Positions 43,501 through 49,715 of a stretch of DNA of 64,000 nucleotides are shown one piece after another (position 1 is the stretch's first letter; the number at the start of each line of letters is the position of its first letter). Made by a program: the position numbers and the translations under genes. The DNA comes from a virus. The stretch lies in the IMG/VR virus record IMGVR_UViG_3300028197_000962, positions 36,190-100,189 of that record, one strand, 5' to 3'. A model generated the notes under the pieces. It had not been told where the DNA came from. It worked only from the letters and a program-made list of their open reading frames with translations, and made no database searches.

Positions 43501-44070
43501 TTGAATAAGGTAATTTGTTGCATTTAATTCATCATCTAATTTAGTTTCACTTAAACCAGGTAAATATTGAGTTTTTAATTTTTTGTAAAACTCTTTTAAG
43601 AACAAAGACGAAATATTTTCAACTTGATCCGCACTTACATGCTCTTCTGCCTCAGTATCTTCAAAAATCAGTTCATCTGGACCATTATTTCCACGATAAC
43701 TGGTAATACCACTGAAACCTCTGATACAACCCGTAAAAGTGGTATTTGTTTTTCCTGTATATGAAATAATTTCATCATTAATTTTTAATAATCCGTATTT
43801 TTCTGGCCATCCAAAAGTATTACCTACATTAATTGTAGAATCTTCAACGTTAATATCAGAAGTTACAGTTGTAACTCCAACAATAGATGTATAAGTTCCA
43901 ACTTTTCTATATTGGTCAATATTTTCAAGAATATCTATTGGACCTCCTTGATATTCTACCGATTTATAATAAGTCTTTAAAAAATCACTAGCACCTTCCA
44001 ATTCAGCACCAAGAAAAATGGGTAGTTGATTTTCAACTACGGACTGGATTTTTACTCTTTTTTCTAACAT
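31537..44070 (-). CDS. gp7: Baseplate wedge initiator gp7-like giant protein, 4177 aa
   Basis: NQLP...FLKTYY, FYRSKGT, DSDYYQYFSYSLKS, HTGGFKKFAD; many GxGY..P and HxFxxGDxxxY repeats; between gp6 and gp8. Confidence 0.85.
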   Translation of the reverse strand: MLEKRVKIQSVVENQLPIFLGAELEGASDFLKTYYKSVEYQGGPIDILENIDQYRKVGTYTSIVGVTTVTSDINVEDSTINVGNTFGWPEKYGLLKINDEIISYTGKTNTTFTGCIRGFSGITSYRGNNGPDELIFEDTEAEEHVSADQVENISSLFLKEFYKKLKTQYLPGLSETKLDDELNATNYLIQGSDFYRSKGTSDAFEILFKALYNEKVEVLKPQDDLFAPSNAEYRKILRLNVEPTDQSIDTTEAYLTGFVTKNVFQENDKGEVIASGSVVKSERFVVDGKQFFQIDLDYSEPKDINVVGSIFGNFKITPQTKVIGNVSVASTFIDVESTIGFPSEGELQVLFSNNDIGIVSYTSKNITQFLNLDGIVNGVLDKQEVFQNIKSYGILSDGSEFEFRIKGSLGTFRIKAPDLATPYFVAGDVIKNQSLGYSKINIVTDSLLSNETSRFDIKLARILNQNQLGQNPNIISLYQIESKQPHGLSIGDSIQVITTTGLETSGVVNNIVTEFTFDVSGLSGFDPDRGGEVRRLISKVNSQNSVVNTLPANVLKSFYDSNDSVYIVSHSLPKYSNPTDTKTGNVILTDNGKSSTAPLIISGDTIDYSEHGFFNGDEVYYRPDKFVELVTDYGEPIAITTERTLGSLLEGKYFIKRIDADSFKLAESRANIIANKFVDVTGIASNQIIFPIKSYNNQIDSSYGITKIPRFIEVPDKKIGIVPGKIGVLINGVDAHSYKSEDYCFYGNLTGISVLVGGSNYDVINPPNLVISDNIGSGATATATVVGGLEEIEVDDSGYDFLDEPVIDISGGNGRGAKAKANLKSEKTVAFTNVSAGGGNISLTDNTIGFTTYHRFRNADAVVYNANSLTPLGNLVNNSIYYVNVRSLNEVTLHGLRSAALAGVSTISITSFGEGNQYFTTVNEKKILSSITVVSGGEGYSNNIIKVSPTGINTSTDQISFIGHGFNTGEKIQYRFEGSSISGLTTDQQYLVTRVDDDLFKLSSAGIGTQFSSYNFDNKIFVDFTSVGSASTHIFNYPEINVSIRGNIGIATTNSLTFKSKLKPKFRGSISKINLERGGIAYGSSESINFERQPSISFENGSGAQLKAVIEGSAIKEVFVLNGGEGYNSSPELTVSGLGKNAELTPILTKGKIISVKINNGGSGFSTNTTFVDVIPNGQNAKAAAKIKYWNVNQFEQKKSLLGVDDSLIATSSNEYSKGTYVSMSAPRALREITYAKNEDGTDAFGANTFDLIKQDGLEVPSVSHSPIIGWANDGHPIYGPYAYSNINGGAITAVKSGYELNPSIDRPSAFPVGFFIEDYSFQNSGNLDEHNGRFCKTPDFPNGTYAYFATINSGRPNGDGPFKNFKEPAFPYLLGDSYHSVPSEFNFNRKNNQIDFQYNDLFRNTKPTKTSELYGYNEYLNDSTRDIRQESVIESTRKGGITDYNIVSAGTSYKSGDPINLSKQPLFGRGARVSVDRIVGKDIVSIGSSIITSENFELFVGGGLAVGYCTSPHNFENKNRAVISGLSTHSYANLKGTQNISNLQRIWILNEFLDSPTNTGLTTNIHLNGPYDPLYVRENSIIGIGQSVENLEQLKVLNVDPLNSVMRVQRNYNGTVGYAYSSGTIALDIRNKFTFDVGFTTFISNPPTFQRYFDPSQVVGLGITASVVGIGTTIVYQTHNNIAPPHLQGNADYQPGTAYTSRIIPIKTVFIPNHSFNTGDTLTYSNGGGTSVEVSDGIGTFVLADQSTVYAIKESSNLLGISTTKVGLGSTGSFVGLGSTAIQLAFTVSGVGVTHSFKAETNPITGNANIYEAVLTTKEAHGLSFNDNIQIVSLPNIQKNVFVQYNDYNRRIVFDRKKFEPTGVSSFTNTINVPNHNLNNGDKVIYTTTGNAPVGLSDQSMYYAIILDSNNLKLAQNKVDAVGSNPTPVPLGSTGSGEHFVSSINPKVNVTRGNVVSFATTDSSLAIRVSGTKISAFDLDFFEDPKYKNKFITTKESKTFEVQGIGTIGVTTSSAVNLKTSTFIPEVLYYKFTPINVDLSPTSKTEIFEDTEQNFANTINVVNSAYQVNEYPTGITTTEFKFNLNSEPETSSYTSITDGTFYYTHKSLNAAGAIDSVNIKTNNINYKELPGVTSIGSTTGSGGLIRINGDMGSIVKTRKKSTGYNYPSDPTLKVITNTPEILRIEELNSFGSIGISSGGNGYNIEPNLVVIDAFTNKKVENVSLQAEVKNGSISKINIRENAKNLSDVAPNIITVNNSNGVGINTVGFNTVTKEVTIQLNIGFSTSTSFPFSVGKKVFIEGIGISSEGSGYNSPDYNFKFFEVTNVDENIGGIGSVTYKLDSTVTNPGTYVTTKSSGRIIPFEDFPIFAPNLVKNNFSINEDIVITNVLESKNGKVSSWDNSNKILKVNVIKEVLVGDIVRGLGSGTIGKVSEKINVNSFYDIVGVEELILGWQKNTGKPSVNSQRIIDSDYYQYFSYSLKSQIAYDTWNDIVSSMNHTGGFKKFADLQIESRDETFNKASVSSSGLELFVDLITQLETYCRYDFDFVSENSKLISGSFLSDEIITRNIPIADFEESVGNRVLKIDNISDQFNNIPRATRFEIVDTFALSGTRFRKYFILTNDKQFIDTRRMEIVELMVDDGGNGYIQEYAITDGIKDLNGYFDFVVNGSEGQLLFYPNDYGTNDFELRGLVYNVDRDIHHAVGISTLVGIHTVGDIVEVASKGSKINPGVTTAVNILSIPVSQYDAGHKFQVQMSAGSNYEVLNINSLHNNNLTYGIEYANMSNIDKSTVAADINGIATFSSYVSGGVYYLNATPQAGVVGTGISFNIFTQQFLGGVSTLGIGTINLTTGDLQAQYSDIPSAGSPGITTIATFGNSTDKSEAAHILINIHDVTNDRYELLEGIYMIDSSKIIYESQYGNIEDDNILENSGIGTITAIVDGNNYNVIYVAPPLTNVRVKTLITSASETKGGVDDLFQLNLFDTKVESFRGSYTNTQADVKRAFELTHDGFSIFGKDFDASNPLVVDTDEDLILLPNHFFASGERLQYNPTGSGTTSSIGIKTTTIAGYGSTDKLPEYVYAIKVDDKSIRLAETPSKALSSTVGNYLNLTTSGIGTIHQFLSQDQNTKCIVALDNNIQDPVIPGNVEHALVEEMSFGGEFMRLSGITSFIGGDLLKVDGEFVKINQVGFGSTNVLVVQRGWMGTGFATHALGAKVEKYEGSYNIVQNTINFYTAPNGLVPKEGTDPDDIDYTGIQTTSTFQGRSFIRSGLVGTSTHTYATNYLFDSISTELTGVGKTFTLRQDGVNVEAFSTTHGLILINDIVQIPSQGSRINDFEFTENAGITSVVFSGFAASVTNDVNTGSIPVGGVIISVGSSQGYGYQPLVAAGGTANVSGFGTITSISIGNSGSGYRSGIATLNGVVLELDYNVGLRTSDIDTVNVTSIGTAIVSNGNITSVTITNPGTGYTFSNPPIVVFDDPIPYTRIPLIYHPDSPGSKIGTNAYIDIKVSQNSNVSGFDIINSGYGFKAGEILTVPKGGVTGIPTYSISTTPIGFGTNNYKVEFAAYDAVSGVITATIGIHTIVVTDQITLVDESLIFSCDSDQFKQQIGYPRPTDPASGTGRTVTSISSDSITFDVGPAQSGSSYIHRFVGAGVNDFRINLSRISSDKFTGWRFGDLDVFDKLDSFFDGESKVFTLKKGEATTSIRAQKGSLIDVEQTILVFLNDILQEPGVAYRFNGGSNITFIEAPKVGDTCSIMFYRGTGGVDVISKDIIETIKTGDTVRITAGKDQNSFEFIQDTRFVSGITTADAFATSPYQGPGLRTDATLQRPMMWCKQQEDLFLDGNAVTKDRDLYAARIFPETHIIKPVGLGSTEIWVDSVAAFDSYPESLRSDLQTVRIINQDLKIGAAATAIISGFGTVASISITNSGLGYTTAPLVSIANSVGLGSATRATAIASITGTAVTSINVSNAGAGYTFSNPPVILLTPPNFEVEEIKSVNYAGDYGVISGVSTASPTKLVFDLLIPSNSILRSTAFMGPGAARTIPNIASGYPFVVFDSNIGQGVTSLDLGGSVLGIGTTCLDNVYEAASVSIATTEAVGIGTTHVVKVTVNVDSLNGITGIGHSQFFGRYSWGQLKSFTRSGIAKTFTPSLSNGFTGISTGPLILRSLPLKSVGYLT

Positions 44071-45968
44071 TATCGCGTGATGTTATCGTTGATAAAACTG
44101 GAAGACACTGTATATCTTGATCCTGAGATGTCTGCACCATTAGATATGGTGTCAGGGATTACAGTAACGTTACTCTTACTTATATCTAGTTGCAAAAATA
44201 GATCCTGTAATCCGATAATGTCATTTGAATACGGATTTGCCTCAATTTCAATAATTGGGAACTCAGATTCCATTTTAGAGGTATTAATAATCTTGATAGG
44301 ACTCAAAAGAATCTCACCTTTGATATAATCAATAGTTCCAACATTTTTTCTAAGAACTTGTTTTTCGGATGGAGAAATTAATCTAATCAAATCAATACTT
44401 CCGGTTTTTCCGTCAGAATATGGGACATCTGATAAGAATACTTCTCCAGAGTAACCTTCAACTAAAAATCCACTTGTTCTAATGTTTGGACCATCCGAAA
44501 CATGGAATCTATTTCCAAAACAAATCTCATATTCTGCAAATTCGTTGACAGATGGTCTCATATCTCTTCTCATACGCACCGTAGTAATGTTTGAAGTGAT
44601 CGCAGAGTTAGTACCATCAATTATTGCTAAAAGTTTACTATATTTTAATCTAGCTCCATAAGCATTCAGTTCGGATGTCTTAGAATATGCTTCTAACGAT
44701 TCAAAAATGTTTGTTTTCAGACCTTCTGAGGATGGAAACAAATTTGTGTTATAATACGCATTCGTATCAACCTCAACATACAAATATTTAAGGTCAATAA
44801 TTTGTGGTACGATACCAGCAACAGTAAAATTCTTCAAATCCGAAATAATTGAAGATTTTACGAAATTTGAAAGATAATTTCCACCTGTTGGTTTAATTGC
44901 AATAAAAACTTTGCCATATTGAGGGGGATCAAGGTCTTCTCCACCAAAAACAGACACAGATTCAGTATCTGGGAATATTTGCTTGGTCATAACCTCATAA
45001 TCTTGGGTAGTAACTGCTCTATTTTGTGCAGCGTACTTCAGAGGAGCATATTTACGAATAGAAGAGACAGTTTCAATGTCTCCACCACCAATAGATCTGT
45101 TATTTACCGAAATTGCGGAAACACCCGTATTTACTACTCGATTATTATTGTCAACTAGTCTTCCAGAGAAGGTAAAGTTGGATACACCGTTAGCAATATC
45201 ACCATTAGTGATCACATAGGACATTGTGATGACATTTCCGTCTACTAGACGCTTACCAAATATGTTATCACCGAAAAGAAGTTCATATTTTTCGTCAGTA
45301 ATCTCTTGAAGTAAGAAAATTTTAGATGTGCCTGATATATCAATGATACTTTGTGCTAACTCATACTTAACTGAAGCAAGATCAAAGGAACTTTCCTTGA
45401 CTTCCACAGATAAAGTTGAAGTATCTGCATTTGAATTGGGAATTACAAATTGTTGATCAATATCTGAGTCGTCTACTGTATATTCTTTCGATATAAACGT
45501 TCCTTCATAGATTTCAATTTCATTAAAAAAGGCAAGATCCTCAATTACTTGAACAGTAATCGATTCTGGTACACAGAAAGTAAAATTAGACCCACCAAAA
45601 CTATCTGAGACTGCTACCAGACCCGCTCTAAGGGTCATTGTCGTAGGATTGGTAGTCAGAGTGCTTGTATCAACAAAGAAGCTTACAGTCGCTTTTGATG
45701 CCTTCTTAGAAGACGGTAAATATCCAATGTTTCTTGCAAGAGAAACCACATTTTCTCTCAATGTGGCACTATCAATGAAAACTTCGTTTGCCACCATGTT
45801 GGCATTATACGAAGAAATGTAAGTATTATATGCTAACGTATCAATTAAGACCGAAAAGTTAGATCCTTCGAAGTCAAAATCGGTAAAATTAGAATTTGCG
45901 CGCAAATAATTCTTTATTTGCACTTTAATTTGATCAAAATCTAGATCTGAGAATTTTGTAAGTGGCAT
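44070..45968 (-). CDS. gp6: Baseplate wedge subunit gp6
   Basis: LDFDQIK, DFDFEGSN, DSATLRENVVSLARNIGY, QNRAVTTQDY. Confidence 0.95.
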   Translation of the reverse strand: MPLTKFSDLDFDQIKVQIKNYLRANSNFTDFDFEGSNFSVLIDTLAYNTYISSYNANMVANEVFIDSATLRENVVSLARNIGYLPSSKKASKATVSFFVDTSTLTTNPTTMTLRAGLVAVSDSFGGSNFTFCVPESITVQVIEDLAFFNEIEIYEGTFISKEYTVDDSDIDQQFVIPNSNADTSTLSVEVKESSFDLASVKYELAQSIIDISGTSKIFLLQEITDEKYELLFGDNIFGKRLVDGNVITMSYVITNGDIANGVSNFTFSGRLVDNNNRVVNTGVSAISVNNRSIGGGDIETVSSIRKYAPLKYAAQNRAVTTQDYEVMTKQIFPDTESVSVFGGEDLDPPQYGKVFIAIKPTGGNYLSNFVKSSIISDLKNFTVAGIVPQIIDLKYLYVEVDTNAYYNTNLFPSSEGLKTNIFESLEAYSKTSELNAYGARLKYSKLLAIIDGTNSAITSNITTVRMRRDMRPSVNEFAEYEICFGNRFHVSDGPNIRTSGFLVEGYSGEVFLSDVPYSDGKTGSIDLIRLISPSEKQVLRKNVGTIDYIKGEILLSPIKIINTSKMESEFPIIEIEANPYSNDIIGLQDLFLQLDISKSNVTVIPDTISNGADISGSRYTVSSSFINDNITR

Positions 45969-46366
45969 TATCTTGTTGCTTGAAGGATAAACTCTAATTG
46001 TACCGGGGTTCTAGGTTGCCCAACGATAAAATATGAGACCAATACGTTATATCCGTTTTGATCGTACTGAGGTCTCACTTCAATAGTGTTGATTTCCACT
46101 CTTGGTTCAAAATTTTTAATTGTAACTTCAATATCTTTTTGAATTACGGACGCTGTACCATAATCTAACAGTTCAAAAAGACTTCTAGAAATTTGAGATC
46201 CTAATCTTGGTTGAAAAGGACGCTCTCCTAGGGCAGTAAGCACCAGATTCCTAATAGAACGAGAAATAGCACGCTCATTTGACAGCGCAATTAGATCCCG
46301 AGTGATCGGGTGCTTCATGAAAGACAAGGAAATGTCTTTAAATGCCCGTGAGACTGGTTGTGGCAC
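45968..46366 (-). CDS. gp25: Baseplate wedge subunit gp25
   Basis: GERPFQPRLGS, FEPRV; late promoter CTAAATA at 46391-46397. Confidence 0.93.
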   Translation of the reverse strand: MPQPVSRAFKDISLSFMKHPITRDLIALSNERAISRSIRNLVLTALGERPFQPRLGSQISRSLFELLDYGTASVIQKDIEVTIKNFEPRVEINTIEVRPQYDQNGYNVLVSYFIVGQPRTPVQLEFILQATR

Positions 46367-46458
46367 CGGTTATCGATAAGACTTCTGTCTTATTTAGAGC
46401 CGAATTTTCAACATTACCAAAGAAACCATATCCTTGGGTAAAATGAGAGGGTCCACAC

Positions 46459-47136
46459 TCAAATATTGGTGCTTCCAATGCCGCTATTTCGTGATTCAGA
46501 AGGAGTTTCCCAAAAATACTCATCGGTATCTCCGAGTCTACCCCATCGGATTCCATTTTCAACTTGATAATATTCCGTGGAGACCTTGAAATCGGGTGTA
46601 AGCGGCGTTTCCGGGGTGATTGATAGGTCATAAATTCTTGTTCTATTGTTTGGATATAATGCATACTGCCCATTTTCTAATTCAATGCAGTTATGTGACT
46701 TGTGTTCTTGTGGAATCTCACTTACATTGGTATCAATTATATCGTGATCAGGGTGGTAGTTGTCCAAAGTAAACAAATACTCACCTTTCAAGTTACCAAA
46801 GTGTCGTGTGCGGACTTCAAAGTCCATAGATCCGATAAATTGCTTCTCAATACAGCGGACTCCATAGTCCATACAATTCCAAAATTGTAAATTTGGTAGA
46901 TCTAAATCGGGATCTGGTGTCTTTGGTTCTGATACAAAGGCACTGATGGGCAACTTATCAAACATTGCACCATATTCGGGTAGGTAGGTCTCAAAATAAA
47001 AAGCGCGTCCGGGGATGCTTTTAGCAGTCACCCAAACGCCCTCTACAAACTCACCATACCCGTCCTTCAAATCCCTTAGATATTCTTTGCGAACCCACAC
47101 TTTCTGTGCAGGGAGATTGATGACGAGTTGACTCAT
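46459..47136 (-). CDS. Hypothetical protein
   Basis: 225-aa ORF (VWVRKEYL, FDKLPISAF, YPNNR) with TAATG junction to the upstream small gene. Confidence 0.8.
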   Translation of the reverse strand: MSQLVINLPAQKVWVRKEYLRDLKDGYGEFVEGVWVTAKSIPGRAFYFETYLPEYGAMFDKLPISAFVSEPKTPDPDLDLPNLQFWNCMDYGVRCIEKQFIGSMDFEVRTRHFGNLKGEYLFTLDNYHPDHDIIDTNVSEIPQEHKSHNCIELENGQYALYPNNRTRIYDLSITPETPLTPDFKVSTEYYQVENGIRWGRLGDTDEYFWETPSESRNSGIGSTNI

Positions 47137-47282
47137 TATCTTCCTTGTCCTCTGTAACGTTTACGAGCCGAGTTACGCGAGCTCGCTGCATATTTAGTAT
47201 GCTTCCCAGTTCCCTGACGAGTTTTCTTCGGACTAGACTCAATCATATTCCCCCCAGTGAGGGACTGCTTCATCTTTGCCAT
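47136..47282 (-). CDS. Small highly basic protein, below ORF-track cutoff
   Basis: Manual translation MAKMKQSLTGGNMIESSPKKTRQGTGKHTKYAASSRNSARKRYRGQGR; fills the gap exactly, TAATG overlap downstream. Confidence 0.78.
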   Translation of the reverse strand: MAKMKQSLTGGNMIESSPKKTRQGTGKHTKYAASSRNSARKRYRGQGR

Positions 47283-47283
47283 A

Positions 47284-48060
47284 TCAAATTACCCGTGTTT
47301 TTTCATGACCAACGCGAATCCTTGGATCCACCCAGATATCAAAACCTGCTGCAATTGCATCGAGACAGAATGATACATCCTCTCCACACATGTCTTGCAC
47401 TTCACCAGATTCAAACTCTTGCATCTTTGGTGCAAACCATGGATACTTCATCTCTCCGTGCTCAAACACACCCTTCTTGATCAAACACCAACCGAAACCA
47501 ATGTAGTCAACTGTGAACGGTTTGCGGCGCTTTGAGATGGATTCCAGAGTCTCATGGTTCATGACACCACCACTCTTACGGAAGTCCTCTTCCTCCAACC
47601 AGTGAGCACAAGAAGTGGTCTTCCCATCTTCTGTGCAATACCAACCAGAAACAATCTCTTTCTCTGTGCCATCCTCAGCTAGCGCCATATCGCACAATTG
47701 CCAGAACTTTGATGTGTCAAATACAATGTCACTATCAATCCATAACTGATAGTCATACTGCAACTTACCATCCCAGGGAAGCTGGTTCGGTCCACGCAAC
47801 ACATTTGCTCCGAGACACTTGCACCGTGCAAAGTTCACCATCGAAGAGTAATCCTGACTAATCTGAATACTCATTCCATTCTGAACCATGTCGAAACATA
47901 GTTGAACAAAGTTCTTCAAGAAGATATATGAGACGCCGCGACCTGGAAGACAGAACACAATGCTCTTGCCTTTCATCCGAGCTTTAATCCCATCAATGTC
48001 AAACTCCTCCTTCTTTTGTACCGGAGGGGTCTTTGCTTTAACTGTAAATCCTTTTGCCAT
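47284..48060 (-). CDS. GT-A fold glycosyltransferase-like protein
   Basis: WIDSD (DxD), IGFGWCLIK, GEDVSFC, VGHEK; start at MAKGFTV, downstream of a consensus promoter. Confidence 0.8.
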   Translation of the reverse strand: MAKGFTVKAKTPPVQKKEEFDIDGIKARMKGKSIVFCLPGRGVSYIFLKNFVQLCFDMVQNGMSIQISQDYSSMVNFARCKCLGANVLRGPNQLPWDGKLQYDYQLWIDSDIVFDTSKFWQLCDMALAEDGTEKEIVSGWYCTEDGKTTSCAHWLEEEDFRKSGGVMNHETLESISKRRKPFTVDYIGFGWCLIKKGVFEHGEMKYPWFAPKMQEFESGEVQDMCGEDVSFCLDAIAAGFDIWVDPRIRVGHEKTRVI

Positions 48061-48083
48061 AAGTTCGAATAACCTACATTTCA

Positions 48084-48112
48084 ATTCTACCAGTGTATCT
48101 ATGATATGTCAA
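48084..48112 (-). promoter_or_regulatory. Sigma70-type promoter TTGACA-17-TAGAAT
   Basis: Exact -35, 17-nt spacer, TGn extension; 24 nt upstream of the GT start. Confidence 0.8.
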
Positions 48113-48306
48113 TACGAAGACTCTTCCGAGTATTTCATTAATTTGACTTTCTCATAATTCAAATCAGACTCTTCATAGTCTGTTTTCATGAGACCCACCA
48201 TGCCTTTCAGCGTTTCCCAGGTCTCCTCAAACTCTTCATTTGTTAGACTCGAATAAAGACATTTATCCTTAGCGTAAATGTGAAATCTATACTCGTTTGT
48301 AATCAT
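48109..48306 (-). CDS. Hypothetical protein
   Basis: 65-aa ORF overlapping the cupin gene end. Confidence 0.68.
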   Translation of the reverse strand: MITNEYRFHIYAKDKCLYSSLTNEEFEETWETLKGMVGLMKTDYEESDLNYEKVKLMKYSEESSY

Positions 48307-48640
48307 CTTTTAATCTTACAATGTCCTCTTCATTACATTGAGATCCTAACTGAACCTCTATAATAGTTATGCCGTTCTCACCTCCCTTCAACCGATGTTG
48401 CTGTCTAGCATCTATTTTGTAGTGACTGTGAGGTGTGGCATGATAACACCCTTCCCCAATAGTAACATAACCACTCCCCTCTACACAGGTCCAATACTCT
48501 GCGCGATGAAAGTGGTATTGTAGTGATAGTTGTTGATCTGGATTGACTACAAGCCTCTTTACCTTGTAACCTTTCTCTTCTAGGAGATTCTCATAATAAC
48601 CCCATGGGCGTTCAAATTTCTCCGCGAAATTTTTTTCCAT
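48287..48640 (-). CDS. Mannose-6-phosphate isomerase type II (cupin) domain protein
   Basis: RPWGYY, VKRLVVNP, LSLQYHFHRAEYW, IIEVQLG, EEDIVRLKDDY. Confidence 0.88.
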   Translation of the reverse strand: MEKNFAEKFERPWGYYENLLEEKGYKVKRLVVNPDQQLSLQYHFHRAEYWTCVEGSGYVTIGEGCYHATPHSHYKIDARQQHRLKGGENGITIIEVQLGSQCNEEDIVRLKDDYKRV

Positions 48641-48827
48641 CTCTGAACCTAATAGGACCTTTCTAAATCTCAGAATTTTTTTGAGATGAAGTATATTTAG
48701 TTCGCGATCTGGGTTCGTTGTAGGTTAGGGTAGTTAGCGTTTTTATATACGCCCCTACGCGCCACGACGCGATATCATCAACCGCGCCCTAACTGCTGTC
48801 TCTAAGTGTCAATGAGTGACACTGTGT

Positions 48828-48856
48828 ATTATAACATTTTTCAGAGAATCTGTCAA
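48828..48856 (-). promoter_or_regulatory. Perfect sigma70 promoter TTGACA-17-TATAAT
   Basis: Exact consensus hexamers and spacing; no ORF for ~180 nt downstream. Confidence 0.85.
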
Positions 48857-48860
48857 TCGA

Positions 48861-49049
48861 TTAGAGATATGCTGCTTCCCAGAGTTCTTCTACATTTTCT
48901 GACAAATCTTCCACAGTCACTGTCAAGTTCTCTCCGCCACCAATATCAAAGACCTTCTGAAAGTCTATCTGATGAACATCAAAGTCCGCAAAGACTTCGA
49001 AGTCTAATGTGACACGGATCTGCTGCTTTTCTGCGTGGCTAGTGTTCAT
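48861..49049 (-). CDS. Small acidic hypothetical protein
   Basis: 62 aa, 25 nt downstream of a perfect promoter. Confidence 0.65.
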   Translation of the reverse strand: MNTSHAEKQQIRVTLDFEVFADFDVHQIDFQKVFDIGGGENLTVTVEDLSENVEELWEAAYL

Positions 49050-49073
49050 CGGACTGGTGATGGGTTCCTCTGT

Positions 49074-49102
49074 ATTATATAATAAATTTCCAATACTGTC
49101 AA
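49074..49102 (-). promoter_or_regulatory. Perfect sigma70 promoter TTGACA-17-TATAAT
   Basis: Exact consensus hexamers and spacing. Confidence 0.88.
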
Positions 49103-49141
49103 GTGGTTTGTGTGGGTCTCAGGAAAAAATCGGCGGTGGTG

Positions 49142-49170
49142 TTGACAAAACTCTCTCCTCATGATACGCT
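49142..49170 (+). promoter_or_regulatory. Plus-strand sigma70-like promoter TTGACA-17-(TGn)TACGCT
   Basis: Exact -35, 17-nt spacer, extended -10; points into the DnaA-box cluster with no ORF. Confidence 0.55.
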
Positions 49171-49213
49171 CGCTAAGATCACAACACCTCAGCACATTTA
49201 CAAGGCATTAATA

Positions 49214-49261
49214 ACACTTTTCCACACCTATTAGACACTTTTCCACAACGATTGTGGATAA
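49214..49261. promoter_or_regulatory. Cluster of three DnaA-box sequences
   Basis: TTTTCCACA at 49218-49226 and 49239-49247 (within a 13-bp direct repeat ACACTTTTCCACA, 21-bp period); inverted TTATCCACA at 49253-49261. Confidence 0.7.
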
Positions 49262-49324
49262 CTTATAAAACAGCGACATATATTTATAATACCATTTAAA
49301 ACGTTATTTTAAGGTAAAACAGCA

Positions 49325-49513
49325 CTAAAACGCCAAATATACGTCATAATTGTTCTTATCTGGCACCATAGTCTTGATAACATGTAGTGCAGCATCTTCC
49401 CCAATCACAGTAACCTCTTGACGGGAAACATAACCACGTTTCTTATGCTTCTTCCATACGATTGTATAACGATTCTTTGTCTGTGTCATGGACGGATTTG
49501 CGAGACTTGACAT
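49325..49513 (-). CDS. Hypothetical protein
   Basis: Small ORF in the early cluster; start uncertain (possibly MTQTKNRY). Confidence 0.55.
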   Translation of the reverse strand: MSSLANPSMTQTKNRYTIVWKKHKKRGYVSRQEVTVIGEDAALHVIKTMVPDKNNYDVYLAF

Positions 49514-49715
49514 AAGTGAGTTCAGACCATTGATGAGGATAACAGAGTAATAAGCAATGAATATTCTTATGACGTTCTCTCTTCGTATAGGTACACTTTG
49601 GTTTAGGTTTTACATATAGTTCAATCGTTATGTATTGACTATCGACAAAATATATCCACCCTTTAAACTGTTTCCATATTACATAATCATTGACCTGTGG
49701 TTGATACTTAGCCAT
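49443..49715 (-). CDS. Hypothetical protein
   Basis: YQPQVNDYVIW...GWIYF; overlaps neighbours. Confidence 0.7.
   Translation of the reverse strand: MAKYQPQVNDYVIWKQFKGWIYFVDSQYITIELYVKPKPKCTYTKRERHKNIHCLLLCYPHQWSELTYVKSRKSVHDTDKESLYNRMEEA

Noticed and set aside
46338-46673. 111-aa minus-strand ORF overlapping gp25 and ORF 46459-47136
   Set aside because: Out-of-frame overlap with two better genes and spans the gp25 late promoter
47051-47242. 63-aa track ORF across the GT/hypothetical junction
   Set aside because: The 48-aa frame 47136-47282 fits the gap with coupled junctions; this one overlaps the downstream gene out of frame
48720-48737. TTAGGG telomere-like or G-quadruplex motif
   Set aside because: Only one TTAGGG and too few G-runs
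48907-48915. TCTTCCACA, a one-mismatch DnaA box
   Set aside because: Inside a coding region, 300 nt from the cluster; expected by chance
49208-49279. 23-aa minus ORF MSLFYKLSTIVVEKCLIGVEKCY through the DnaA boxes
   Set aside because: ATG is 2 nt from the late promoter core, too close to be transcribed; the VEKC repeat just reflects the box repeat
48640-49320. tRNA genes in the non-coding junction
   Set aside because: No cloverleaf with T-loop GTTCRA and acceptor stem could be built
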